Assembly: GCF_009834535.1 (NCBI RefSeq)
Contig: NC_045696.1
Location: forward strand, 110,238,001-110,302,000
From: Camelus ferus
Lineage: Eukaryota
DNA: 64,000 nt
Reading direction: 5' to 3'
Shown here: in pieces, positions 49,055-60,741 of the stretch
Numbering within the stretch: position 1 is the first letter of the stretch
How the letters are laid out: the number at the start of each line of letters is the position of its first letter
Notes under the pieces: generated by a model
Told to the model about the DNA's origin: nothing
Seen by the model: only the letters and a program-made list of their open reading frames with translations
Database searches by the model: none
Position numbers and translations under genes: made by a program

Positions 49055-49579
49055 GGCCTTTTGTTTTCCCAGCCTAGTACCTTTTCCCTCTCCTTTGCAT
49101 AACGTTGCTTTGGGAAATACCCTTTACTACTCAATGATGCTGTCAATAGCGTGATTCCACCTTCCCTACCTCAAGAATTGGCATGTGACCAACCAGACTA
49201 CCTCACCTCTCAGACACACTGATTAGTCCAGGGACTGGCATGTTTTCAATAAGTCAATCTTTTGCAGGTGCTATAAGCTATTGCAGATGATATAAAATAA
49301 AAGGAACCTTCTCCACTTTTTTTCTTCTGGAATCACTCATTTGAATACAATGTAAGCTTAGAGCCATCTTTGCTGTTTCATGGAGGAGAAGACAACACAG
49401 TGGGGCAGCAGAAGAGAGAAGGAGTGAAAGAGAAATGATTTCATCATTACATAGTTTAAGGTCTGGGATCTAGACTTACCTAAATGTAGGTGGGCCCCTA
49501 CATTTCCCAGTTATAAGATCCAAGAAATCCTTAAGTTTTGGAGTTTCTGTCGTTTGCCATCAATGAATATGGTCTAATA
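49055..49579 (+). mobile_element. MaLR LTR (MLT1K/L-like)
   Basis: ggcatgtgacc...tgattagtccagggactggcatg...agccatctttgc...ttcccagtta...gagtttctgtcgtttgc. Confidence 0.7.
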
Positions 49580-52369
49580 TATTTTTTGTTGAACAATTCA
49601 TAAGAGGAAAAATTAAAAATGGCCGACAGTCCAATTGTCAACCATGGGAACAATTTCATGAGAAAAAAAAGGCAAATTAAAATCAGATGATATGTTTTCA
49701 TATATCATATTAAAAAGGTTGATAAATACTGAAAAGATATAGAATTAAATACTGCTTAGGTTATAGGTGTACATAGAGGATAAGTTATAGACAAGAGGGC
49801 CTGACCCACCCTTCTGCCAGTTTAACCCTTTTTGCCTTCCCTGGGCTAGATTCTGTTTCTAGAAATCCTCCTTTAATTTCACTCTACCTTCCTGTTCAAT
49901 GACCAAATGCTATGATCCACCACTTTCAAAAAACACCCCCAGTTCCCTTGGTATGATCCATGGTCCGGTGGCTTTGTCCCAACTCACTGACTTCTCCCTG
50001 GGAGGAGTTCTCAGCATGCACTGTGGTTGGGCATCCTGAGATCAGAGTCTGCTCTGCAAAAGCGATGAACAAGGTAGAAGCTTCAGTTTCCCCATCAGCC
50101 TAGCTCTTCACACCACAGTAAAGGTACAACTGCACACACGTACAGGGGCTGTACGGCGGTGCAGGTTTCAGTGGGTACTGCGGCATCTGACTGCTGGGCT
50201 TTAAAGCTTGACTCTGAATCTTACGAGATACATGACCCTGGAAAATATAGTTAACTCCTTTGTATCTCAGTTTCTTTATCTGGAAAATGGGGACTATAAA
50301 AATATCTACCTCATTGTTTTGATGGTGAATGAACACACCTGCAAAACCTTCAGCACAGCATTTGGCACATGGGTCACCATCAGTTCATGCAATTATCGTT
50401 CCTTTATAGGCACATATACTTGTTTCCAAAATGGGAAAGCTCATATGTCATTATGAAATTGTATTGACAAGTGACAGAAACCCATGTCAAGATAGTTTGA
50501 GCAAAGGAGGCAATTTATCAGCTCATTTAACTGGTGAGTTCAGAGACTGAATTCACCTTGAGCCTGGTTACAACCAAAGTTCAAAGGTTGTCAAAAATTA
50601 CTGCCTAAAAATTAGGCCACTGTGTTTTATAATTGCGATTTTGGATGTATGAGAGAGTTAAACTCAAAGTTAATAATTCAGGTTTCAAACCCAATTTTAC
50701 CACTTGTCATGGTGTGAATTTGTGGAAGTCAATCCTTGTCTTTGAGAATGTGGGAGACAGTCCCCTGAGATCTATACCATCGTGCGATCATTTCTCCACC
50801 CCGTTTAGACATGAGATAAGCTAACAGGCTGTAGCTGTCATCTAGGAAGGATATATGAATATATATCTCTTAATTGATTTTTCAAGGCTATACCTTCCAC
50901 AGTAGAATGATGTGCTAGGATAGCTTTGTGTGAAGTCTACTAATAAACTTTATTAAAAAACACCAGTTTCACTGTGTTGTATGCAATTCAGGCAACGGAT
51001 GTGGAGCCCAGCACGGAAGTCCGACAACATTCATTCACAGAGCACGCCAAGAATGAATTTGGAAGGCTGTGCAAGAAATCACAGAGGGAAAAAGGAAACT
51101 GTTTGCCGGCACATGTGAGGAGTGTCATCCTGTCAACCCTCTGCCACCGGGCTGATCCCGAACATCTGCTGTCATCTTTTTTTTGTGCTGAGTAACAATA
51201 TTTCACTTCTAGCAACAGCCAGCCCATTGTCTTGCTCTGGCCAATTACACAGAGGATAAATCTTTCTGAACGTGTAGGTTTAGAGGCAGCAAATACCCGC
51301 CACATTATCAGGCTTCCACATCTGTAAAGTTGTGTACACATGTGGCTTCTCACAAGGATAAAATCATTAACACCTCTAGTAATGTGTGCATTGGGCCAAA
51401 ACACACAGTGGGACTAAAAAGGCACTTCCTAATTATCAACCCAGTGAATCTTTTTGCACATTTGAGAGACTTCAGTTTTGAAGTGCAAGGGTTGGAAGAG
51501 ATCTCAAAGGTCATCTGGTCCAACTCCTTCATTTTACTGCAGAAGGTCCAGAAAGACAACTCTCGTGTACCCAAAGTGGCACAACAGCAACAGCTTTTAC
51601 CAAAACCGAGGCTTCTGTCCCCTTAATTAGTGACCTGTTTGCTTCAGAGCAGCCTAACACCAGCTAGATGATTACAGCCTCTTCTTTATCCCTTGCTTTG
51701 TGGATTTTCATGTCCAGCATGGCTATCTTCTCCCGGGCATCCTCCTGGTTGTGGGCCCACCCTTCATGCTGATATGTGTTCAGATAAGCGAGCTTATTTT
51801 AACACAAACATAAGCACATGTACTGATTTCAAAGCTGATTTGGCTCATTTATGCCATTGTTCCACTTCATTAAAGCAATCACCAGGAGTGAATGCCTGTG
51901 CGCATTCATTGCAATGAAATCCTCTTGGCTTCGCTGACCCATGAAACTGGAGAGGACTTTACAGCTCAGTTGCTCCCAGAGTTTTAAGCACCTTCCCTGT
52001 TCAGCACTCAGCAAGATCTCTTTATTGGGTTGTGTCTTCTCTGATTGTTGTGTTTTATGGTTTACCATTAGGGTCTTCCTCTTGCAGGGTGAGCATTTTT
52101 GCCATAGGCTGAGCATCCAGGCAACTGGTGTGTCCAGTAAATGAAGGAAACTGTTGTGAAGGAGAGTGGAGACCTTTGGAGAGAAACAGCCCTATTTACA
52201 GAGTTGAATCTAAGACACGTGGTGCAATTTATGAATAGTCTTTTTTGAATATCTACCTAAAGGCACTTGTCATGGAAGTAGGACATATTGTATATATTCA
52301 GTATTTCTTGAATCAACAAATGAAAAAAATAAATGAGTCAATAAAATAAGGAACCTTCTTACATTCAGT

Positions 52370-52870
52370 CTCACCTCTGCTCTGCAGATATGCTGCCTGC
52401 CACTTGAAGCTAAATCCAATCCTATCACAATCCTCACCTTATTTGACTCACAAGCAACCTTTGACAAGTCAATTGTCCCTCCTCCTTGACACAAGCTCCT
52501 CTCTCGGCTTGGGAGACACCACACTTCTCTAGATTTTCTTCTCTATTTACCCCTTTTCATTTGCTGGCTGATTCTTCTTCATGTTTCCAACCTCCAGTTT
52601 TTGTGTGATCAGGGGTTGGTCTTTACTCCTTTTTGATATGCACACATCCCTTTGTCAATTTCATCAAGGTCCATGACTGATGACTCCTCAAGTCACGTCT
52701 ATAGCCTGACCTCGCCTCTGAGTTCCCCATCTGTTTATCCATCTACCTACTTATACTTCCACACGGACGTGCAGCTTAACATACCTGAGAGTGCGCTCAT
52801 CTCTGCCCCCAAACCTACTTCTCCTTCTGTTTTCCCATTTCAGCTAATGGCTGAAACGCCATTCTCTTCA
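52370..52870 (+). mobile_element. L2 fragment; other L2 pieces near 36000-36190, 57420-57750 and 60170-60310
   Basis: ctcaccttatttgactcacaagcaacctttgaca...tgatgactcctcaagtc...ccccaaacctacttctcc. Confidence 0.7.
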
Positions 52871-55800
52871 TTAATAAGCCCAATAATTAAATTAAGACTT
52901 ATATTGGATTTTGGAGCATATAAACTATTCTGAATGTTCACTGTATGGAGCCAGTGGAGAATTTCACATGCTTCCTGGAGTGGCAGGTGGAAGTCATCTC
53001 TAGAGCCCAAATGTCCTTAGGGTCTTGGCAGTGGACTTTGTCAGACCTGGGATGGGTAATTTGTGGACCTAGGGAGACATGGATATATCATCCAGATTCA
53101 GAAGTTACATCTGTGATTCTCAGTAAGTATATATTTACAGCCTGGATATAAAGCAGAGAAGGATGAAGGAAAAGAAAAAGCAAAGAAAGTGTAGGACTGG
53201 TGGTTGAAAAGACAGTTATAGACTAGCCATCAGGTGTGGAACTTCTCTCATGGTGAAGACATGACAGATTCTTTTGGATTTTCGGGGGTGGGGGGCTTTT
53301 TCTATCAGCCATCAGCATACATGAGAGGTGGCTTCTTGAGGCCATTGTGTTTCAATGAATCTCTAACACGGTCCAGGTTAGAGACAGAGAGGAGATGACT
53401 CTCCTGAGACCAGGAGAAACCACAGATGGGCAGAGGGTTCCTGAATGTTAGGCCAAGTTGGGAAATCGACATCTGAAAGGGCTCACAGTTGCACTGCCAT
53501 GATAGAGAGAAACAAAGTGATGATTAGACATGAAGGTGAGAGAGACAGAAGCATGCATAACAATTTTGGGCAAGACAAAGTTGAGACCAAAAAAGGAGAG
53601 ATGTTGATGGCAGGGAATTTGGAAGATGAGGCACAAGGTATGAGATGTGGGTCAGGTGCGGGGTCCAGGAGCAATTCTTGACGAGGGATACGGGCTGGAG
53701 TGTCATGCCTCAGCACGTGCTGCAGGGCGGGGTGCGTGGATTTACGGGGCTCCTGCCAGACTGTGAGGGGACTTTAGCAAAGAAGCTTGGAGGAAGGACT
53801 CTTGAGGGGATTCCACGCTTCCAAGTGGTTCTCAGCTTGGAGACTGGCTGCCAGGCCAGGGGAGATGCTGCTTCACCTTCATCCTTGCGTCTTCACCTGC
53901 TGATAGGTGTGCCTGGAGTTCCTTCACATTTCCTTTGAAATCTTTGGGTAAAGGCCAGGGGCTCAGGAAGCCAACAGAGAAGAAAGAAATCACAAGGCCT
54001 AAGGATACAGAGAAAACCCTAGAAGATGGATTATTTAGTAACTGAGCGTCCACCTCCCTCACACCTCCTACCAATTTTTATCAAGCAAGACAGACACCCT
54101 TTAGAAGCTACCTTCCCTCCTTCGTCATAACTCTCTGCTGAAATATGTGAGGCTGTGATTGAATAATCAAGGTTTTCAAATCCCTTTACATTTTATGGAT
54201 GAATCTAGATTTTTAGAGTCAAAAAATGAGCCAGAAATAGATTTACAATTATATAGTTCAGTTGTTTTCTCAGACAGCCTTAAGCCACAGAATGCTTTCT
54301 CTCCTCCTCCTCCTCCTCATCTTCCTCCTCTTTCTTCTTCTTCTCTCTCAGTTTAAATCTAATGTGGAATCTCAAAACATAAAAGAAGTAAAAGCGGAGC
54401 TGCTCAGGTAGGTGGTTGAGTAGTGGAGCTTTTCTTTGATCTTCAAGGTGGCCCTTGAGTGGAAATCACTGATGTGGTTCAAGTTCTTCGTTTTGTAGTA
54501 GCATCCGAGGCCCAGAGAGGGAAGCAAATGTCCCCAAGTCACACAGCCCGCTTTATAAATAGGCCTGGAAGCAAGAGATTGTTAAAACGTCATAATAGCA
54601 TATTGTCTAAATTACTCAAAAACTACTTTGCCTCTTGGTTAAAGCTGTACTTTCTAAAACCACCAATTAAAAAAAAAGCAAATCTTATCAGCCACCCAGA
54701 GAAGCTCTCCCAGCGATACCAGCCACTCCCAAAAGCTACTCCCATCTCCCTGTTGAGCCTGCATTGCTATCACCCTGGCTGCCCCTTCCCACCCCACCAG
54801 GGACCTTTATACATTCCACACTTGAAGTGGAAGGGAAATTGGAGAGTTTATAAAAAGACAACCGTGGGGACTCTGGAGGGCTGCCTCTCACAGGCGCATG
54901 GCTGTCTGGGGTTTCCATTGCACAGTCTTGCATTTCGACACTGGACCACAGGTTGCTGAGATCATGCTAGGAATGCACATTTTTGCTTCCCAATGGTTTG
55001 ATCAGTAGTTAGCTGATGGAAGTAGCAATGAACAAAAAGAAGAGAAAGCTGTAGGGAAGTGACAATGAAGTAGCAAACATCTGATGGGTGGATCAACGAT
55101 CAGAAGCCATCAGATCAGTGAGCACCACATAGCCAACCCCCACCACACACACACACACAGTCTCCCAAGCATGTAGGCCACAGGACCCCTCTGCCTCTGG
55201 GCGTTGGCAGTCTTGATACACACACCCAAAGGGATACCATATTCATATCCTAAACGTTGATGAGACTCACTACCTAACGTTTGCCTTTCCACCCCTCTAA
55301 ACCTCTCAAACCGAGAGCTTAAGGGAGGAGAGGAAGACAAAAATGACAATGGTTATGCAGAAGACATAACTTTAATTTTTCTTTCAAGTAAATGAAATTG
55401 TACCAGCATCCAGAGTTATTTACTTGTGTCATTTTGACTCATCTGCCCACGCATTTACATAGTGGAATTAAGATTGGCATCTTTTCCACTTATTGAATTG
55501 AAGTCTCCCCTGAACTCTCATACAGTTCAGTACTAATATAAAACATTATAGTCAGAGGACATGTAGCTGGGTAAGATACATAAGCAAATGCTAAAGACAT
55601 CATTACAGAAGCAAAAGGCACAAAAATTTCATCCTGAATCCTGTGTCTGTCTCTTCAACTACACACAGTGAGGACAAGTTCACTCTTGAGCCCACCATCC
55701 CTCTTATTAGGACTATGACAATGGTAACAATGGTACTAAGGCGAAAGGCTACCAGAATGACTCTAAACAGAGCATGGGCTATACAAAACGTCTTTTTTTT

Positions 55801-56030
55801 CTGATGGTATAACAGTAAGTGTTAAAGATATTACCATGTGTTGAGATAAAAATTGTAAAAAAGAAAAATATCTTTTGAAATCCAGTAATACTTTACCAGC
55901 TGCTGGAGCATCGAGATTGGCAAAACTTCAGCTGGCAAGCATACATCCTTACAGAAAGTAGGGGTTAGGAGAAAAACTATAAGAATGGTATAAATATTCA
56001 TTTTCAAGCCCCAAATAAAGAAAAGTTCTA

Positions 56031-56117
56031 TGTGCATGACGGGGACATTATGCTGTACACCAGAAATCAACACATTGTAATTGACTATACTTCAATAAAA
56101 ACAACAAGAAAAAGAAA
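56031..56117 (+). mobile_element. Very short L1 3' end, camelid-type
   Basis: ggacattatgctgtacaccagaaat...tatacttcaataaaa. Perfect TSD aaagaaaagttcta (56017-56030 / 56118-56131). Confidence 0.93.
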
Positions 56118-56537
56118 AAAGAAAAGTTCTAGAAAGCAGTCATGTTCCAAATCAACCAGCATTTGAGGCAAAATCAGTTCTTTCCTGTTCGGAGAATGTT
56201 GCCATGGTGCTGTGACCTGAAGAGGCGGGAGTGCCCACAAATTTTAAATTATGTGCAGTCAACATCGCTGTAAAGTTTTAATATCAGCCCTTCTGGCTTG
56301 AAAGTTAATATCTTTGATACTTGCAATCCTCTTGGTTTTAGTTTTGCAAGTCTCAGCAAAATACTTTTATAATCCGCAGGCAAATTCACAAATTCTGGTA
56401 CTGCCCAAGGACATATTTTCTGGGCTAACTCTCCTATCCATAAATTGAGGGTTGGAACACAAAGAGGGCTCACTCCATAGACTCTCTTGTGAAGTTTATA
56501 GTACGGGGAAGCAGTATTTGTTGTTTCTTTGGGGACT

Positions 56538-57024
56538 GTATTAGGATTCTTCAAATAAATAGAACCAATAAGGTATATGCATTTGTTATAGACTTTGGCT
56601 CACATGATTATGGGAGACCGAGAAGTCCCATAGTCTGCTGTCTGAAAGTTGGAGAACCGGGAAAGCCAGAAATGTAATTGAATTCAAGTCCAAACCCCTG
56701 AGAATCAGGCAGGTCATGGTTAAGTCCCAGTCTGAGTGTAAGAACCAGCAGCACTGATGTTCAAGGGCAGGAGAAGACGGATGTCTCAGCTCGAGCAGAA
56801 GGAGCAAGTTCACCCTCCCTCCACCTTCCTGTTCTAGTCAGGCTTTGATGGGCTGGGTGATGCCCACACACCTTGGTGGAGCTGTGCTCTACTCAATCCG
56901 CAGATTCAAATACTAATCTCTTTGGTGTTTGACACCTTCACAGACATGCCCAGGAATAATATTTTACCCATTATCAGGGCATCCCTTAGCCCAGATAAGT
57001 TGACACACAAAATTAACCATCATA
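56538..57024 (-). mobile_element. ERVL solo LTR (MLT2B-like)
   Basis: tgtattagg...ttggctcacatgattatgg...agggcaggagaagacggatgtctcagctc...aagttgacacacaaaattaaccatca. Confidence 0.9.
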
Positions 57025-58254
57025 AGAACTGAGATGAATGGCTTGTATGTTGGCCAGTCGCCTTATATTAGTTGAAGCCATGCAGCTACAACTCAGAATC
57101 TCCAAATTTGAGTCCAGAGATCATTTTTCACCATACCTAAGATGGAAAATACATTTCATTTTAAGTGCCAAACCTGACTGATTGGCAAGGGCTGTCTGAA
57201 ACTTCTATCAAGATGGTGTATCAGGATTTATCACAAGAGAATGCTGTATTTGATTGGTGATGTCTGCTATGGTTGATGATAAGGAGCATGACAGTAGGAA
57301 GGTAAGTACATTTGCTGAGCCTAAACAATACTATCTTCTCTACAAAAGTTAGCTTCTCAACAAAGCCTCCCTAATGCACAATTAAGCTATAATTTTATTT
57401 ACAAATAGCTTTTCCCAAATAAATCAAGCTATCCAGCTAACTCTTATTTATCCTGTGGATTCAGTTCAAACATGACTTCTTTAGGGAAGTTTGCTCTGAC
57501 TGTTTTTAGGTCATTTTCTATTATACATGTTCATCGTACGTGTAATTTCATCCCTTTCTCTCCTCTATCTCAGTTGGAAATATCTATTCATTAGTTTGAT
57601 TACTGAGTTAATAACTATGTATTCCAACCTCCTGGGCAGCAAGCTCATGAAAGCAAAGACCACGTCCTGTTTTGTTACCATCACATCCCTTGTGTCTGTC
57701 ACAGTTCCTGGTACTTAGCAGACACTTATTAAACCTTTGCTAAATAACTGAAAGGCATTCATTTATTTTTCCTTTTAAATTTCTCTGAGACCCAGGTCAG
57801 ATATGTTCTCTTCCGTGGCTTATCCTTTCAGGAGACTAAGGAATACGCAAACACACACCTACCCAACAGAGGCTACAAACTTGGAGATTTTGGAATCTGA
57901 AGTCCCAGGTTTTGAGTCTCTAGATTTGTTCTCAACTGTGATTTCCTCCATGACTATACTACACACATTACCTGTGCTCCTATCTGAAGACGTTCATTTT
58001 AGCATATAGTAAATGATGGCAGAGCCAGGGACAGAAACAAAAATCTTTATTTTTCAATCAAGGCAATATGATATAGTGTAGGGAGGACCAGACTAGGAGT
58101 CAAAAGACCTGGAATTGTGTCCTAGCCTTGTCATTTATTAGCTTAGCAATCTTGGAAAACTAAATTAATCTCCAAGGGTACAATAACAGAGTCGGTAATT
58201 TTTAAACTATTTTTTTAAATAGTGGAACCATTTTTGGACATGAAATTCCAGAAA

Positions 58255-58400
58255 CTCATGTAGAAGCACAATATGTAAAAGAGATGAAGTGGAGATGCTC
58301 TGAATGAAGGTGGGTGATGAGGCCACACTCATGTAGAAGCACAATATGTAAAAGAGATGAAGTGGAGATGCTCTGAATGAAGGTGGGTGATGAGGCCACA
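58255..58400. repeat. Perfect tandem duplication, 2 x 73 bp
   Basis: 58255-58327 and 58328-58400 are identical (ctcatgtagaagcacaat...gatgaggccaca). Confidence 0.97.
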
Positions 58401-58462
58401 TCTGGCCTCATGCTGGCTCTCTTGTATCTGCAAGAAAGCTTCTGAAACCACAAAGGCACTCC

Positions 58463-58690
58463 ATTTTTTTTTAATCAAATTTTGAAATAATTATACATTT
58501 ACAGGAAGTTGCAAAGATAATACAGAGAGGTTTTGTACACCCTCACCCAGTTTCCTCCAACAGGCCCATTAAAAAAAATGTTTGGCAAAACAATGTGAAT
58601 GTAATTAATGCTATTGAACTGTACACTTAAAAATGGTTAAAATGGTAAATTTTATGTTGTATATTTTTTTACCACTTTAAAAAATGTAAA
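58463..58690. mobile_element. Two short old L1 3' ends in opposite orientation
   Basis: Minus: tttgaaataattatacatttacaggaagttgcaaa. Plus: tgaactgtacacttaaaaatggttaaaatggtaaattttatgtt. Confidence 0.8.
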
Positions 58691-59229
58691 TTAAAGACCC
58701 TTTTGGGCCCACTGCTAGACAATCCTCCAAAGCCCACCCAACTCAAAGTTCTATGATTGTCTGTCTCCTAAATGTTAGCGCATCCCCGTTGCATTCTACA
58801 ATCATGGGTTTTTCAAGCTTGAATGTACCTTAGAGATCAGCCCACTGAGGACAGAGTCCAAGTCTTCTGCTTCTCTTCAGGGCTTCTCTGTCCCAGAGTT
58901 TAACTAAAGTCTTGAATCTAGCCTCTAACAAATGTGCTTCACAGTGGTGGTCTTGATCATCTTCCATTTAAACTTTTTTCTGCTAGTAATTCCCTGTTGA
59001 CTTTTTCTATAGTCTGTAGAAGCTGGTTCTCTGGGCTTTCTTAACTCATTTTGATTTATCTCATGGGGGAATTGCATCTCTCTCCATCCCCACTCATAAC
59101 GGGCTTGGCAGTCCTGCTTTATATGACTTTCCATTTCCAATGTTGTATTGCAGTGTTCTTTATGGCCGCACCAAGGCTGCGCTGAAATGGCCAGGGAAAT
59201 TCACTTCCCTTGTTCTGTTTGTTACTTTT

Positions 59230-60165
59230 TTTCTTTTTAAATATTTATACACATAAATAGTCACATATAATTTTACATAAACTCGAGATGTGTGATTATA
59301 TCATACATCCTGGTTTTTTAATGCAGTTTTTGTTTTGGTTTAGCATCTCCTCTCCTGTATATTCCTCTCTTAATCTATATTACCTCCTCCTGGACAAAAA
59401 GTTACCCATGTTAGCAACTTACTGTATATGCTTTCACATTATTCCTTATGCTCATGTGTTCATGAATAAAAGACTACACACAATGCACATACATATTCAT
59501 AATATATAGACATACATATACACATAGAGAGGTTTTGTCATTATTTTGCAAAAATTGGAACACACACGTATTTTTGAATCTTGCATTTTCTCAACAATAA
59601 CTCTCTAATGGCTGCATAGAATTTTACACTGCAATGTGTCATAATTTATTCAACCATTCTGCTATTGATGGACAATCACTTTGTTTCCACTTTTTTTCTT
59701 TTGTATCTCTGAAAAAAATAATGCTGCAATAAACATTGTAGCATATAAGATATTTGATACTTTGGCTTTCATTTCTATGGGACAGATGCCCAGCAGAAGA
59801 ATTTGGGGATCAAACTGTATACGCATTTTAAATTTTAACAGAATGTATCAGATTGCATTCCAACAATAGCTGAGGCAATTCACCTTCTTACCAGCCCTGT
59901 ATGGTAGTACCCTTGCTCCCATATTCCTATCAGCAATACAAGTTGTCAGTCTTTTAAATTTTTGCCAGTCTGAAGTGATAACACTATGTACTAGTTTGAG
60001 AATATTTTTGTTTATTTCTTGGGTATTGGAACCTCCTATTTTGCTGTAAGTTTCATGTTCCCTCCTTGCTGATTTTTTGACACTCTTCGCATTTGAAATA
60101 TTAACCTTTTGTCTGCTCTCTCATTGCAAATATTTGTTCCACATCTATTAATTATCAGTTGACTC
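59230..60165 (-). mobile_element. Very old L1 (L1ME-like); a similar piece lies at about 61340-62060
   Basis: aatttattcaaccattctgctattgatggaca...aataatgctgcaataaacatt...cattgcaaatattt. Confidence 0.75.
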
Positions 60166-60659
60166 ATAGTATTTCTTTGGTAATGACATGTACTATGTAC
60201 CAGACATTATTCTATGTACCAAGGATTCAACAGTGAACAAAAGACAAAAATCCTTTCCCTCTAGAACCTCACATCCTAGGGCTGAAACACAATCAATCAA
60301 TAAACAAAGAAATATTATTCATATTATTTTAATATGATGTTTTAAAGTTTATGTGGTTACATAGGTCTGACTTTTCTTACAGCTCTTCTGGGTTCCAGGC
60401 TTAGTGAGGAAGACCTCCCCCACCCCACAGCTGTGTGCATGGTCTCCTAGACCTTATAGCTCTTTTTGTTTTTAAAGCATGGCTGGTGAGAATTCTACCC
60501 ACAGATTAAAATTAGGCAACATCTTCAGTTCTCAGAATTTCATTGACTTATTTCACCATAATTGTCATCATGCCCTCCCTCTCTGTTCTACTCTGTAGCT
60601 ATACCTTCTCTATATAATTCATCAAGGGTGCTCCTGTGTGTCATAGTTACCACTAATTA

Positions 60660-60741
60660 TCAAATTGATCCATATGAAATTGCCATTTTTGCAGATAAAA
60701 AAAAGGTTGAATATCACTAGGTACTTATGGTTCAATCTATA
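60660..60741. mobile_element. 80-bp mariner MITE (MADE2-like)
   Basis: Inverted ends ttgatccatatgaaattgcc / tatggttcaatcta, about 80 bp. Confidence 0.65.

Larger units (their letters stand above)
45360..49750 (+). mobile_element. Very old L1 (L1ME-like) ORF2 remnant, fragmented by nested insertions
   Basis: Collinear ORF2-like pieces at 45360-45630 (aaaacagtatggtg, atggtgctggga, cttcacaccata), 46210-46360, 48900-49040 (aaagtgaaaagacaag, ttaatatcc.gaatatataaaga) and 49590-49750. Confidence 0.65.

Noticed and set aside
53640..53830. Locally GC-rich patch with an E-box and GC box as a promoter
   Set aside because: Too short and too CpG-poor for a CpG island, with no downstream gene evidence.
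54459..54959. Longest ORF in the track (166 aa)
   Set aside because: Non-ATG start, begins in MIR-like sequence, and no recognisable domain or exon structure.
58255..58400. Direct repeats as a CRISPR-like array
   Set aside because: Two abutting copies, no spacers, and a mammalian context.
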